In this document: positions 27,279 through 39,400 of the stretch, piece by piece
How positions within the stretch are numbered: position 1 is the first letter of the stretch
Layout of the letters: the number at the start of each line of letters is the position of its first letter
Notes under the pieces: model-generated
What the model was told of the DNA's origin: nothing
Database searches by the model: none
The model's input: the letters and a program-made list of their open reading frames with translations, nothing else
Translations under genes and position numbers: made by a program
From: Eledone cirrhosa
Lineage: Eukaryota
Direction: 5' to 3'
Assembly (NCBI GenBank): GCA_964016885.1
Contig: OZ024742.1
Span: forward strand, 329,716,001-329,780,000
Length of the DNA stretch: 64,000 nucleotides

Positions 27279-30200
27279 TTTTCTTTATTAACCACAAGGG
27301 TTCACATAAAGTAGACATTAAGGACAGTACAGGACAATACAGGACGGTACAAATGGGCATTTCTGCGTGTGAAAAAAACAGAGGTGGAAATAAAATAACA
27401 AAGAAAAATAACAAAGAAAAATTCCCCAATAGGGGGGAGACTTCCAAGGGACATTTGTGGAGAAAGCCCATTAAAAGACCACAGTGGCCCTGACCACCAG
27501 GGCAAGTGCCCTCTCCCAGTTTTCCACCTTTAATTTACAGACACATACTCAGAGAAGGCCCATTCATTCGGGCCATACTTGCTTCTCTCACCCATCTTTC
27601 AACAAAATGCTGGGAAGAGAGCACTTCCCTCTCTACCCTGATTTTCCTTTTCAAATGAAATTTGAAAAAGTTAATCAGGGCATCACCGAAGAGGTAAGTG
27701 CTCGTCTTCAGCCCTTTCAAACGTGTCCACCATACTATCTCTTTCGCCATGGCCACCAGACAGATAAAAACTGCCTGCCCTTCCAGGCTAAAGGAAGGGG
27801 GTGGGGCAATCCTCACGATGGACTCAGCTGATAGCTGGATCCGTCCTACACGTGACAGCAGGTGTTCGACATAAACCCACAAGTCAGCAATGCTCGGACA
27901 CTGGACGAGTGCGTGCAGGACGGTTTCGTCGCCCTGCGCGCATCTCGGACATGCCCGGCTGACGGCACCTCCATGCCTGTAGAGTTTATCCCGAACTGGC
28001 AAAGCTCCTCGGTAGCACTGCCAGGCCAGGGATTTCTGGAAGTTGTCCATAAGCCCCGGCCCGAAAGTCCTTCCGAAGAGATTGGCTAGTTGATTTTCGT
28101 CGACGCCTAGAGTTTCTCCAAGTACCTCGTCACTCTTCCCCTCCACTAATCCCCTATAGAACGCCAAGGTGGAGTTTCCACCGATCACATTGCCCGATTG
28201 GTCGAGGGCTGTGAGCGCCTGAAGACATTCCAGTCTCCAAGCGCTCCCTCTCGGTCTTCGCTTGACCCAGGACTGCAGCTCCGTCAAGGAGACGAGCTGG
28301 GGAAAAACGTGTCTTGCAAACGGCGACCACACCTGATCACCGTCGAGGAAGAGGTGGAGATGTCGTAGCCTGAGCGCGTGTCTGCGCATCATCAGCCACG
28401 GCATGCCCGGCCCTCCACGTAGCGGGTGTTGACAGCAGATGGACCGCCTGACCATCGGAGCGCGTCCCTTCCACAAGAAGCGAAAGAGCAAACGCTCCAG
28501 CTCAGTCAGGCGGGGCTTAGGACAAGGTACGACGGTCAGGCGGTAGTAGATGATGGATGGGGTTGGTGATGCTGGTGTGGATGGTGGCATATCTGTCCTA
28601 ACTTTTTTGTTTCTTAGTTTATTTGTTTCCCTCTGTATTTTGTTTTTGGAGGGGGAAGGAAGAGAATTTTTTCTTTTTTGGTTTCTTTTTTTTTTCCGGA
28701 TATCGTTTCCCACTCCTCGTCGTCACAATCTGTCTCCAGTTGTGATAGGCCGGGGAGTGGAAAATCCTCCACAGCCGTTAGTTTTGGTTGTGGTGTGGTG
28801 GATGGTGTAGGCGCTGGTGCTAGTTCTGAAGCGTTGGGTGGTGGTGGTGTTGGTTTTGCTGGTGGTGGTTGTGGTGTTGGTTTTGCTACTGTTGCTGGGG
28901 TTGTTGCTGTTATAGTTGCTTCTGTTGTTGCTGCTACAGTTGTTGCTGGCATCTCTGCTACTGGTGGTGTTGATGGTTGTGTCACTGGGCTGGGTAGGAG
29001 AGGTGGCCTCAACCTTTTAGCCTGAGGGCAGAAAGCCCTTAGGTGGGTTCCTTCACCACAAACGACACACCTAGGTCTTCTGCCCTCGACAATTACCGTG
29101 AGGTGGCAGCCGTCAGTGAGGTCTATTACCTCTGGGATCTCCTCAATGCTTTTTTGGTCCGCTTGGATCAGGAGCTCCATCCCAGATCCCGACCAGTTTT
29201 CCTGCTTTTCTTTTGCTATTGTTATTATTTTCGTGTTGGCCTCGATGCCGGCGATGACAGCCGCTATTAGCCAGGGAATTTCGATGGCCGGTGGAACGTG
29301 GGTCACCCTGATCTTTACGAGTCTCTGGCCACAATAGCTTGGGACGAGTGTGAAGTCGTCACTTTTTAATGGGGCCATGGAGTGTTCTCTAGCCTCCTCT
29401 GGTGTTTCAAAGAACACATCCACGGTTCCATACTTTTGCCCACGTCTGATGTGGGTTTTTCTTGCCCACACATGTCCCAAAGCTTTTTGGATTTGGGACT
29501 CGGATGCCCGTTCCACTCGGCGCGATTTTACATTTATTGTTCTATACGACACGGTGCACAGGCACCGATGCTCCATTTTATTAGGTGGGGGGGTGAGGCT
29601 GACCCTGTACCCATCTTTCTTTACCATTTGTTTGGCATTTTCTAAATCTTCTTGGGCTACCGTGAACGCTTCGAATTGTTTTGCTACGATGGCGAAACTG
29701 AGGGTCGGTTTTATAATGTCATTGTTGTTGTTGTTGCTATCGTTAATATTAATTTTATTTTCAGTTGTGGTGGTGGTGGCGTCAGTCGTCTTTGGTGGGG
29801 AAGAGTCCATTTTGCTTGATTTCATTTCGACGTCACGAGTTAATTTATTTTTTTCTTCTTTTGTTTCTGTTGTCGCGGTGGTGGTGGTGGTGGTGGTGGT
29901 TGTCGCGGTGGTGGTGGTGGTGGAGGGTTTAACACCTGCAGTCATTGGTAATGGCGGGAAATGAATGTCTGCCTGAGACAAATTTAAAATATTGCCACTG
30001 CTTATATTTTTTTTCGTGTTGGCAAACGTAGTAACATTTACAATGGTGGTGTCGGTGTGAGGTGTTATTTTGTGAGGAAGGCTTTCAGCTACTTCGTGCA
30101 GAGGGGAGTTAGCCATTTTTTTCAAAGAAATTTTTGGATAATAATAAAAGTTAAAATTTTGGGCACAAGGCCCCAATCTTTTTGGGTGTCCTTTTCGGAA

Positions 30201-30324
30201 AACAATGTATGTGTGCTTATAAACAGTTTACAATAAAATTTTCCATAAATGGCAATTTTTAAACAAACGGAAATAACAAACCTTTGCGGAGCTCACGATA
30301 ATACGATTTCCTACGTAGGTCGCC
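27278..30324 (-). mobile_element. Tx1/L1-type non-LTR copy A: type-B 5' UTR/ORF1 joined by internal deletion to the ORF2 3' end
   Basis: ORF1 28614-30176 has CVVCGEGTHLRAFC (CX2CX4HX4C). Junction at ~28550-28556. ORF2 tail has CPRC...HALVQC. AATAAA is followed by (TTA)n at 27228-27277. Confidence 0.88.
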
Positions 30325-30356
<32 letters not shown>

Positions 30357-30619
30357 TTTCTTTATTAACCACAAGGGTTTACATAAAGTAGACATTAAGG
30401 ACAGTGCAGGACAATGCAGGACGGTACAAATGGGCATTTCTGCGTGTAAAAAACAAAAACAGAGGATGTAACAAAAATAACAATGAAAATAACAATGAAA
30501 AATTCCCCAATAGGGGGGGGGGAGACTTCGGAGGGACATTTGTGGAGAAAGCCCAGTAAAAAGCCACAATGACCCTGACCACCAAGGCAAGTGCCCTCTC
30601 CCAGTTTTCCACCTTTAAT

Positions 30620-33600
30620 TTACAGATATATACTCAGAGTAGGCCCATTCACTCGGGCCATTCTTGCTTCTCTCACACATCTTTCAACAAAATGCTGGGA
30701 AGAGCGTACTTCCCTCTCTACTCTGATTTTCCTTTTCAAATGAAATTTGAAAAAGTCAATCAGAGCATCACCGAAGAGGTAAGTGCTCGTCTTCAGCCCT
30801 TTCAAACGTGTCCACCATACTATCTCTTTCGCCATGGCCACCAGACAGATAAAAACTGCCTGCCCTTCCCGGCTAAAGGAGGAAGGCGGGGCATTCCTCA
30901 CGATGGACTCAGATGATAGCCGGATCCGTCCTGAACGCGACAGCAGGTGTTCGACATAAACCCACAAGTCAGCAATTTTCGGACACTGGACGAGTGCGTG
31001 CAGGACGGTTTCGTCGCCCTGCGCGCATCTCGGACATGCCCGGCTGACGGCACCTCCATGCCTGTAGAGTTTATCCCGAACTGGCAAGGCTCCTCGGTAG
31101 CACTGCCAGGCTAGAGATTTCTGGAAATTGTCCATAGGCCCCGGCCCGAAAGTTCTTCCGAAGAGATTGGCTAGTTGATTTTCGTCGACGCCTAGATTTT
31201 CCCCAAGTACGTCGTCGCTCTTACCCTCCACTAATCCTCTATAGAACGCCAAGGTGGAGTTTCCACCGATCACATTGCCCGATTGGTCGAGGGCTGTGAG
31301 CGCCTGAAGACATTCCAGTCTCCAGGCGCTCCCTCTCGGTCTTCGCTTGACACAGGACTGCAGCTCCGTCAAGGAAACGAGCTGGGGAAATACGCGCCTA
31401 GCAAACGGCGACCACACCTCATCACCGTCGAGGAAGAGGTGGAGATGACGTAGCCTGAGCGCGTGCCTGCGCATCATCAGCCACGGCAAGCCCAGCCCTC
31501 CAAGTAGCGGGTGTTGACAACAGATGGACCGCCTGACCATCGGAGCACGTCCCTTCCACAAAAAGCGAAAGAGCAAACGCTCCAGCGCAGTCAGGCGAGG
31601 CTTAGGACAAGGTACGACGGTCAGGCGGTAGGAAGATGACAGACGCGATGTACGCGTTAGCCACCTCCGCTCGACCTTTCAGGGATAGCTTCCTCTCCGC
31701 CCATTTCTGGGTGAGAGAAGCCACCCTGCTCGTCACCTCGTCCCAGTTTTTGTTCGTCTGGAGGTCCGGACCGAACCAGACCCCTAGCAATTTAACCGGT
31801 CCGTCCGTCCAGCGTCCGACGACGCTGTTGGACGGCATGGACCTGCCTCTCCAGGTGCCGAGCTGCAGGCCCACTGACTTTTCCTGGTTGATCATTGCTC
31901 CTGTCACCGCTTCGTATTCTCTTAGTGTAGTGCCGATCGCCTCGATGTGTTTGGCGTTCGACACCACTAAGGTGACATCATCCGCATATGCTGACACGGA
32001 TCTTCCGCATCCTAGTTCGCGCGGGACTCCCCTCAACGTCTCCAGTTTGTGCAGTAATGGCTCGAGAGGCAATACGTACAAGAGGGACGAGAGGGGACAT
32101 CCTTGGCGGACCGAGCGCATGATGTTGAACGGTTCCGACAGGTGACAGTTCACTCTCACCACAGAGCAGATGTCGCTGTGCATGGCAGCGATCCAGCCTC
32201 TGAAGACGGGCCCAAAGCCAGCCGCCCTCAGGACTGCCGCTAGGTAACGATGGTCGACCCTATCGAAAGCATTCGACTGATCTAAATTGATCAAGGACCC
32301 ACCCGTGACAGGTTCCCTAGCTACCCTCTCTACGATGTATCGCATGAGGTGGAGGTTGTCGTGGATGGATCTGTCGGGAATGGCGCATGTCTGCGACTCT
32401 CCCACCAGACCACCAACGACAAGCGCCAACCTCTTTGCTAGCACCTTGGCCAAAATCTTAAACTCTGTGTTTAGCAGAGTTATGGGCCGGAAATTGTCTA
32501 TGTTATCCCCCTTGTTCGGATCCTTTCTCAGCAGTGCCACCGCTCCTCGGCTCACAGAACTGGGAATTCTCCCGTTCTGTTGCCAGTTGCAGTAGACGTC
32601 CACCAAGTGGCCTCCGAACAAGTCTGGCATCTGTACGTAAAGTTCATAGGGCAGATCATCCAAACCAGGCGCTTTGCCCCTTGTGCAGCCAGTCATTGCC
32701 TCCCTTACTTCAGAAGCTGTTATCGGCTTTTCGCAACACTTCAACCTCAGTGGCCGAGAGCCGCGGCAGTCCGTGGAGGTAGACACTAAAGTCCATCCCT
32801 CTACCCGGCCCACCGCTGCCCCCGAACAGCTGAGCGAAGTGTCGCTGAAAAGCTTCACACATTTGCCCGGGATCGAGTAGCATGCGCCCGTCGTGGTCCA
32901 CCAAAGACCGGATCGTGGCTTTGTTGCCACGACGCGCCTCCCCCACTCGCGCCCATTGAACGGCTTTCGTCCCCTCGTGTCTGAGAGCACGCACCCTTGC
33001 TCTGACAACGCAGCCTTCGTGCTTTGCATTGAAGAATTGGTCAAGGGCCAATTTCGCCGCAAGCACGTCGGTCGCAATGCCTGTGCTAAGCGCCTCGTCT
33101 AATTTTCTAACTAGTTCTCCCTCTGCTCTATTTTTCTCTATTGCTAAAGACTTACTAAACCTAATCGATTCTATTCTAATCGCTCTTTTCAGAGCAAACC
33201 ACCACTTGTTGTTGACGATGGCCCCCGTCAACGCCCGCTTAACTAGTTCGCTAATCAGGTCTCTGTAGGCCTTGCGCGCTGGTAAGGACGCGTTTAGCTT
33301 CCAGTAGCCGGGTCCTCGTCTATGAAGCCTATCTAAGTCAAGCACACAGATCACGAATTTGTGGTCCGTGTAGCTGACTATCTTGAATTGTGGACAGCCT
33401 ATGCTAGACTTATCTATTTCCCTACAAAATACTCTATCTAGATATGATCTGGATGACCCTATGCGGTTTGTCCAAGTCCACATTGGCACATTCGGGAAAT
33501 CCAATCGGTACCTGTCAGACAGTTCAAAACGCCTGAGCAGGTTGGTGAGGCTCTTGCACCCTCCACCCCTATCCGCTAATCCCACACAGTCCCAGCGTGC

Positions 33601-34041
33601 ATCTAAGATCTCGTTCCAGTCGCCCACTAACACTAAAGAGCGGGACGTTCCAAGAAAGGTCTCCAGACGCCGGAAGAAATCAGGCCGCCCTGCTCCTGTC
33701 GGGGCATAGACGGCCACTAGCCTGAAAACTTTCCCGTCTCCGCTGGTCAAGTCCAGCACCACCAGCTTACCCTCTGGGTCCAGGAAGATGGCCCGTATGG
33801 CGAGATCCAAACCTCTCCGAAAAAGCACAGCAACTCCTCCACCCGATCCAGGACGGCTGGGAGATGCGTACACATCGTAGCCGCCGAAGATCGGTGCGAA
33901 GGCCCGTGCTTCGGAGATTCTGGTCTCGCTGATGGCCACTACATCTATGTTTAGTGACCTGAGGTCGTTGAGCAGGTGACCCTGCTTCCATGACGACCCC
34001 AAGCCACGCGCATTTATGCTGCCTATTCTGAGTGAGGTCAT
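30620..34041 (-). pseudogene. Tx1 ORF2 (APE-RT-CCHC) of copy B with frameshifts near 32740 and 31632
   Basis: Consecutive ORF-track pieces 32710-34041, 31602-33077 and 30620-31576. Confidence 0.9.
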
Positions 34042-34076
34042 GTTTAAAATAGAGTGGAAAAGATGGGAAAGACCAC

Positions 34077-36209
34077 TTACCGTACTTTTGGTAGAGGAGG
34101 GATGGTTTTTACATCCCTTTTCACTTGATCGTCTGGTGAAGGGACCGTTGAATCGTCCCTTCGGCTGGTCGTCGGCTCTTCTAAGAGAATGTCTGAGTAT
34201 ACTCTTCGATTGATGGTTCCTCCTAAGTCCCTGAAATCACCAACTGCGTTGGGGAATTTCGTTTTAATGTTTGTGTATTGTTTCTGTGCTATTTTTAGCA
34301 GTCTTATGTTAGTTGGCGTTTTGATTGGTGCTGGTATTATGTAGTCCTGTTGTGAAATGTCTGTGTGTTCAATTATGTAAGTCATTAGTTTCTTGTTGTG
34401 TGTATTTATTGCCGTGCATTTGTTTTTCTGGGGGTGGGGTGTGGTTCTGCTATTTTCTTGTCGTTGTTGCTGGGTGTGTGTGTTTTGTTGTTGTGTTTGC
34501 GATGTTGGTGCTTGTGGTGGTGGTGTTGAAGGTGTTGTTGGCGGTGGGGTTGTCGCCGGTGGTGATGGTGGTGCTAGTGTGGGTGGTGATGGTGTTGGTG
34601 TTGTTGCTGCTGTGGGTCTCTTTGCAGTAGACTTTACCCTTTTCTCATTTCTTTCCTCCCTTTTCAAAGGCGACGATGCGCTGCTTCTGCGTTTGTGCCT
34701 TCTTACGACCTTTTGCCATCCCTCTCCCACCTCACACTCCATGTCTGATTCTGTGAGGTCGGGGAGGGGTACCAGCTCCACTCTTTCACTTGTTGTTGTT
34801 GGTGATGTTTGCACTGGAGTCTCTGTTGCAGCTGCATTTGGTATTGCTGTTGTTGTTGTTAATATTTCCACTGCTGCTGCTGTTTTTGATTTCCGTGGAG
34901 TGGGTATGGGTGCCACGGGCCTATCGTTCCTGGTTGCCGCTTGTCCTGTTGCTGGTAGCCGTGGAGCCGGATTCGGAAGGAGGGGGGTTTTCTCCTTTCT
35001 CAGGGTCTTCTCGTTGCAGAAGGCCCTGAGGTGAGTCTTCGATCCACAGCGAAAGCATTTCGGGCGTTTGCCCTCAACACTTATGGGCAGTTGAGTGCCG
35101 TTATCGAAGTCTATCACATCCGGGATAGCTTCGATGCACTCCTGGTTGGTTTGGATTAGCATCTCAATGGAGGAGCCGACCCAATCTTCTCTTACTTTTT
35201 TCTGTACTTGCAGTACAGTTGTTTTGTCCACGATTCCGACGAGGACAGACGCGGCCAGCCAAGAAGGGGTCATTCCGGGGGGGGACGTGGGTCAGTTTGA
35301 CCCTCACAATTTTTTGCCCGCAGTAGGAAGGCACCAACACCATTTCCTCGCTCCTTAGGGTCACTACTGATTGGGCCTTTGCCTCATGGGGTGTGGCAAA
35401 AAGTACTCTACGGTGGCATATTTTTTGCCTCGGGTGATGTGCGTTTTCCGCTGCCACACAGACCCCAAGGCTTTTTGTATTTGGGCCTCTGTGGCTCTTT
35501 CCACCCTACGGGATTTTGTACTTACTGTACGGTACGTGACCGTACAGTGCTCTTGGGTTTCGAAAAAATTTTCCGCTGCCTTGCAGATTGCTCGGTGTCC
35601 GTTCTTTGTCACCATCTTCTTCGCTTCCTCTAATTCCTCATTTGTTATGAGGATTGTTTCCAAGTTTTTCGCAATACCTGCAAATGACATTGGTTTTTCT
35701 CTGCTGTTGTTGTTGTCGTCAGAGCTGCTGGTACTTTTGTTGTTGCTGCAGGTACTACGACTACTGCCTCCGCCGCTGTTGCTGTGGTTGTTGTTGGTGT
35801 TGCTGCTGCTAATGCTGTTGTTATTTATGCTGCTGGTGATGCTGTTGCGGCTGCTACTGTTGTTTTCATTGTCACTGTTGCTGTTGTTATTACGGCTGCT
35901 ACTGCTATTATTCCTGACGTCAGACGAATGAACTGGGTTTTCGTATTTCCCGCACACCTGTTTCGTCGCTGTCGTCGTCGTCGTGGAGAAACCTTGCACG
36001 CTTTGCACGAGACTTTTCTTTTCTTTCGTCACTTGCGAAAGAGAAGGGAGGGAGAGAGACACATTTAAAGAAGGGAGGGAGAGAGACAATCTTCTCTCTG
36101 CTGTAGTGATGATTGAGGAAGAAGAAGACGGAATGAGTGGGAGTGAGGTATGAAATTTCTTTTTCGTAGCCATGTTGTTTTTTTGTTTAAAATGAAATTT
36201 TGGGTACAA
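34077..36209 (-). pseudogene. Tx1 ORF1 type A (Asn/Ser-rich linker, zinc knuckle) with two frameshifts
   Basis: Pieces 35364-36209, 35164-35457 and 34077-35273. Confidence 0.85.
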
Positions 36210-36413
36210 AACCCCAATAACTGTTTATTTAACCCCGAAGGGCCAAATAACGGACAGAAAGACCCCTCTCACGAGGAGGAGGGTGTCTTTATCAACAATT
36301 TGGTTCAAGTTTTAAACAATTTACAATTGTTTTAACGGTTAAAAATTACTATACCTTACAGAGCCGAGCCTCCGTCAACCATGGCATTCAATAATAATAA
36401 TAATAATAATAAT

Positions 36414-39400
36414 GTTTTCTTTATTAACCACAAGGGTTTACATAAAGTAGACATTAAGGACAGTACAGGACAATACAGGACGGTACAAATGGGCATTTCT
36501 GCGTGTAAAAAAAACAGAGATTGAAATAAAATAACAAAGAAAAATTCCCCAATAGGGGGGAGACTTCCGAGGGACATTTGTGGAGAAAGCCCATTAAAAG
36601 ACCACAGTGGCCCTGACCACCAGGGCAAGTGCCCTCTCCCAGTTTTCCACCTTTAATTTACAGACACATACTCAGAGAAGGCCCATTCATTCGGGCCATA
36701 CTTGCTTCTCTCACCCATCTTTCAACAAAATGCTGGGAAGAGAGCACTTCCCTCTCTACCCTGATTTTCCTTTTCAAATGAAATTTGAAAAAGTTAATCA
36801 GGGAATCACCGAAGAGGTAAGTGCTCGTCTTCAGCCCTTTCAAACGTGTCCACCATACTATCTCTTTCGCCATGGCCACCAGACAGATAAAGACTGCCTG
36901 CCCTTCCCGGCTAAAGGAAGGGGGCGGGGAAATCCTGACGATGGACTCAGCTGATAGCTGGATCCGTCCTACACGTGACAGCAGGTGTTCGACATAAACC
37001 CACAAGTCAGCAATGCTCGGACACTGGACGAGTGCGTGCAGGACGGTTTCGTCGCCCTGTGCGCATATCGGACATGCCCGGCTGACGGCAACTCCATGCC
37101 TGTAAAGTTTATCCCGAACTGGCAAAGCACCCCGGTAGCACTGCCAGGCCAGGGATTTCTGGAAGTTGTCCATAGGCCCCGGCCCGAAAGTCCTTCCGAA
37201 GAGATTGGCTAGTTGAATTTCATCGACGCCTAGAGTTTCTCCAAGTACGTCGTCGCTCTTCCCCTCCACTAATCCCCTATAGAACGCCAAGGTGGAGTTT
37301 CCACCGATCACATTGCCCGATTGGTCGAGGGCTGTGAGCGCCTGAAGACATTCCAGTCTCCAAGCGCTCCCTCTCGGTCTTCGCTTGACCCAGGACTGCA
37401 GCTCCGTCAAGGAGACGAGCTGGGGATAAACGTGTCTAGCAAACGGCGACCGCACCTGATCACCGTCGAGGAAGAGGTGGAGATGTCGTAGCCTGAGCGC
37501 GTGTCTGCGCATCATCAGCCACGGCATGCCCAGCCCTCCACGTAGCGGGTGTTGACAGCAGATGGACCGCCTGACCATCGGAGCGCGTCCCTTCCACAAG
37601 AAGCGAAAGAGCAAACGCTCCAGCGCAGTCAGGCGGGGCTTAGGACAAGGTACGACGGTCAGGCGGTAGCAGATGACAGACGCGATGTACGCGTTAGCCA
37701 CCTCCGCTCGACCTTTCAGGGATAGCTTCCTCTCCGCCCATTTCTGGGTGAGAGAAGCCACCCTGCTCGTCACCTCGTCCCAGTTTTTGTTCGTCTGGAG
37801 GTTCGGACCGAACCAGACCCCTAGCAATTTAACCGGTCCGTCTGTCCAGCGTCCGACGATACTGTTGGACGGCATGGACCTGCCTCTCCAGGTTCCGAGC
37901 TGCAGGCCCACTGACTTTTCCTGGTTGATCATTACTCCTGTCACCGCTTCGTATTCTCTTAGTGTAGTGCCGATCGCCTCGATGTGTTTGGCGTTCGACA
38001 CCACTACGGTGACATCGTCCGCATATGCTGACACGGATCTTCCGCATCCTAGTTCGCGCGGGACACCCCTCAACGTATCCAGTTTGTGCAGTAATGGCTC
38101 GAGAGTCAATACATACAAGAGGGACGAGAGGGGACATCCTTGGCGGACCGAGCGCATGATGTTGAACGGTTCCGACAGGTGACAGTTCACTCTCACCACA
38201 GAGCAGATGTCGCTGTGCATGGCAGCGGTCCAGCCTCTGAAGACGGGCCCAAAGCCAGCCGCTCTCAGGACTGCCGCTAGGTAACGATGGTCGACCCTAT
38301 CGAAAGCTTTCGACTGATCTAAATTGATCAAGGACCCACCCGTGCCAGGTTCCCTAGCTACCCTCTCTACGATGTATCGCATGAGGTGGGGGTTGTCGTG
38401 GATGGATCCTCGGCTCACAGATCTGGGAATTCTCCCGTTCTGTTGCCAGTTGCAGTAGACGTCCACCAAGAGGCCTCCTAACAAGTCTGGCATCTGTACG
38501 TAAAGTTCATAGGGCAGATCATCCAAACCAGGCGCTTTGCCCCTTGTGCAGCCAGTCATTGCCTCCCTTACTTCAGAAGCTGTTATCGGCTTTTCGCAAC
38601 ACTTCAACCTCAGTGGCCGAGAGCCGCGGCAGTCCGTGGAGGTAGACACTAAAGTCCATCCCTCTACCCGGCCCACCGCTGCCCCCGAACAGCTGAGCGA
38701 AGTGTCGCTGAAAAGCTTCACACATTTGCCCGGGATCGAGTAGCATGCGCCCGTCGTGGTCCACCAAAGACCGGATCGTGGCTTTGTTGCCACGACGCGC
38801 CTCCCCCACTCGCGCCCATTGAACGGCTTTCGTCCCCTCGTGTCTGAGAGCACGCACCCTTGCTCTGACAACGCAGCCTTCGTGCTTTGCATTGAAGAAT
38901 TGGTCAAGGGCCAATTTCGCCGCAAGCACGTCGGTCGCAATGCCTGTGCTAAGCGCCTCGTCTAATTTTCTAACTAGTTCTCCCTCTGCTCTATTTTTCT
39001 CTATTGCTAAAGACTTACTAAACCTAATCGATTCTATTCTAATCGCTCTTTTCAGAGCAAACCACCACTTGTTGTTGACGATGGCCCCCGTCAACGCCCG
39101 CTTAACTAGTTCGCTAATCAGGTCTCTGTAGGCCTTGCGCGCTGGTAAGGACGCGTTTAGCTTCCAGTAGCCGGGCCCTCGTCTATGAAGCCTATCTAAG
39201 TCAAGCACACAGATCACGAATTTGTGGTCCGTGTAGCTGACTATCTTGAATTGTGGACAGCCTATGCTAGACTTATCTATTTCCCTACAAAATACTCTAT
39301 CTAGATATGATCTGGATGACCCTATGCGGTTTGTCCAAGTCCACATTGGCACATTCGGGAAATCCAATCGGTACCTGTCAGACAGTTCAAAACGCCTGAG

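Larger units (their letters stand above)
30355..36389 (-). mobile_element. Tx1/L1-type copy B, full length, frameshifted (type-A ORF1)
   Basis: ORF1 pieces 34077-36209 (CFRCGSKTHLRAFC). ORF2 pieces 30620-34041 (APE: SINARGL, ISET, GDWN, SYLD, TDH; RT: FRPITLLN, LDQS.AFD, RQGCPLS, YADD; CCHC). Bounded by (AAT)n at 30325-30354 and 36390-36413. Confidence 0.93.
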
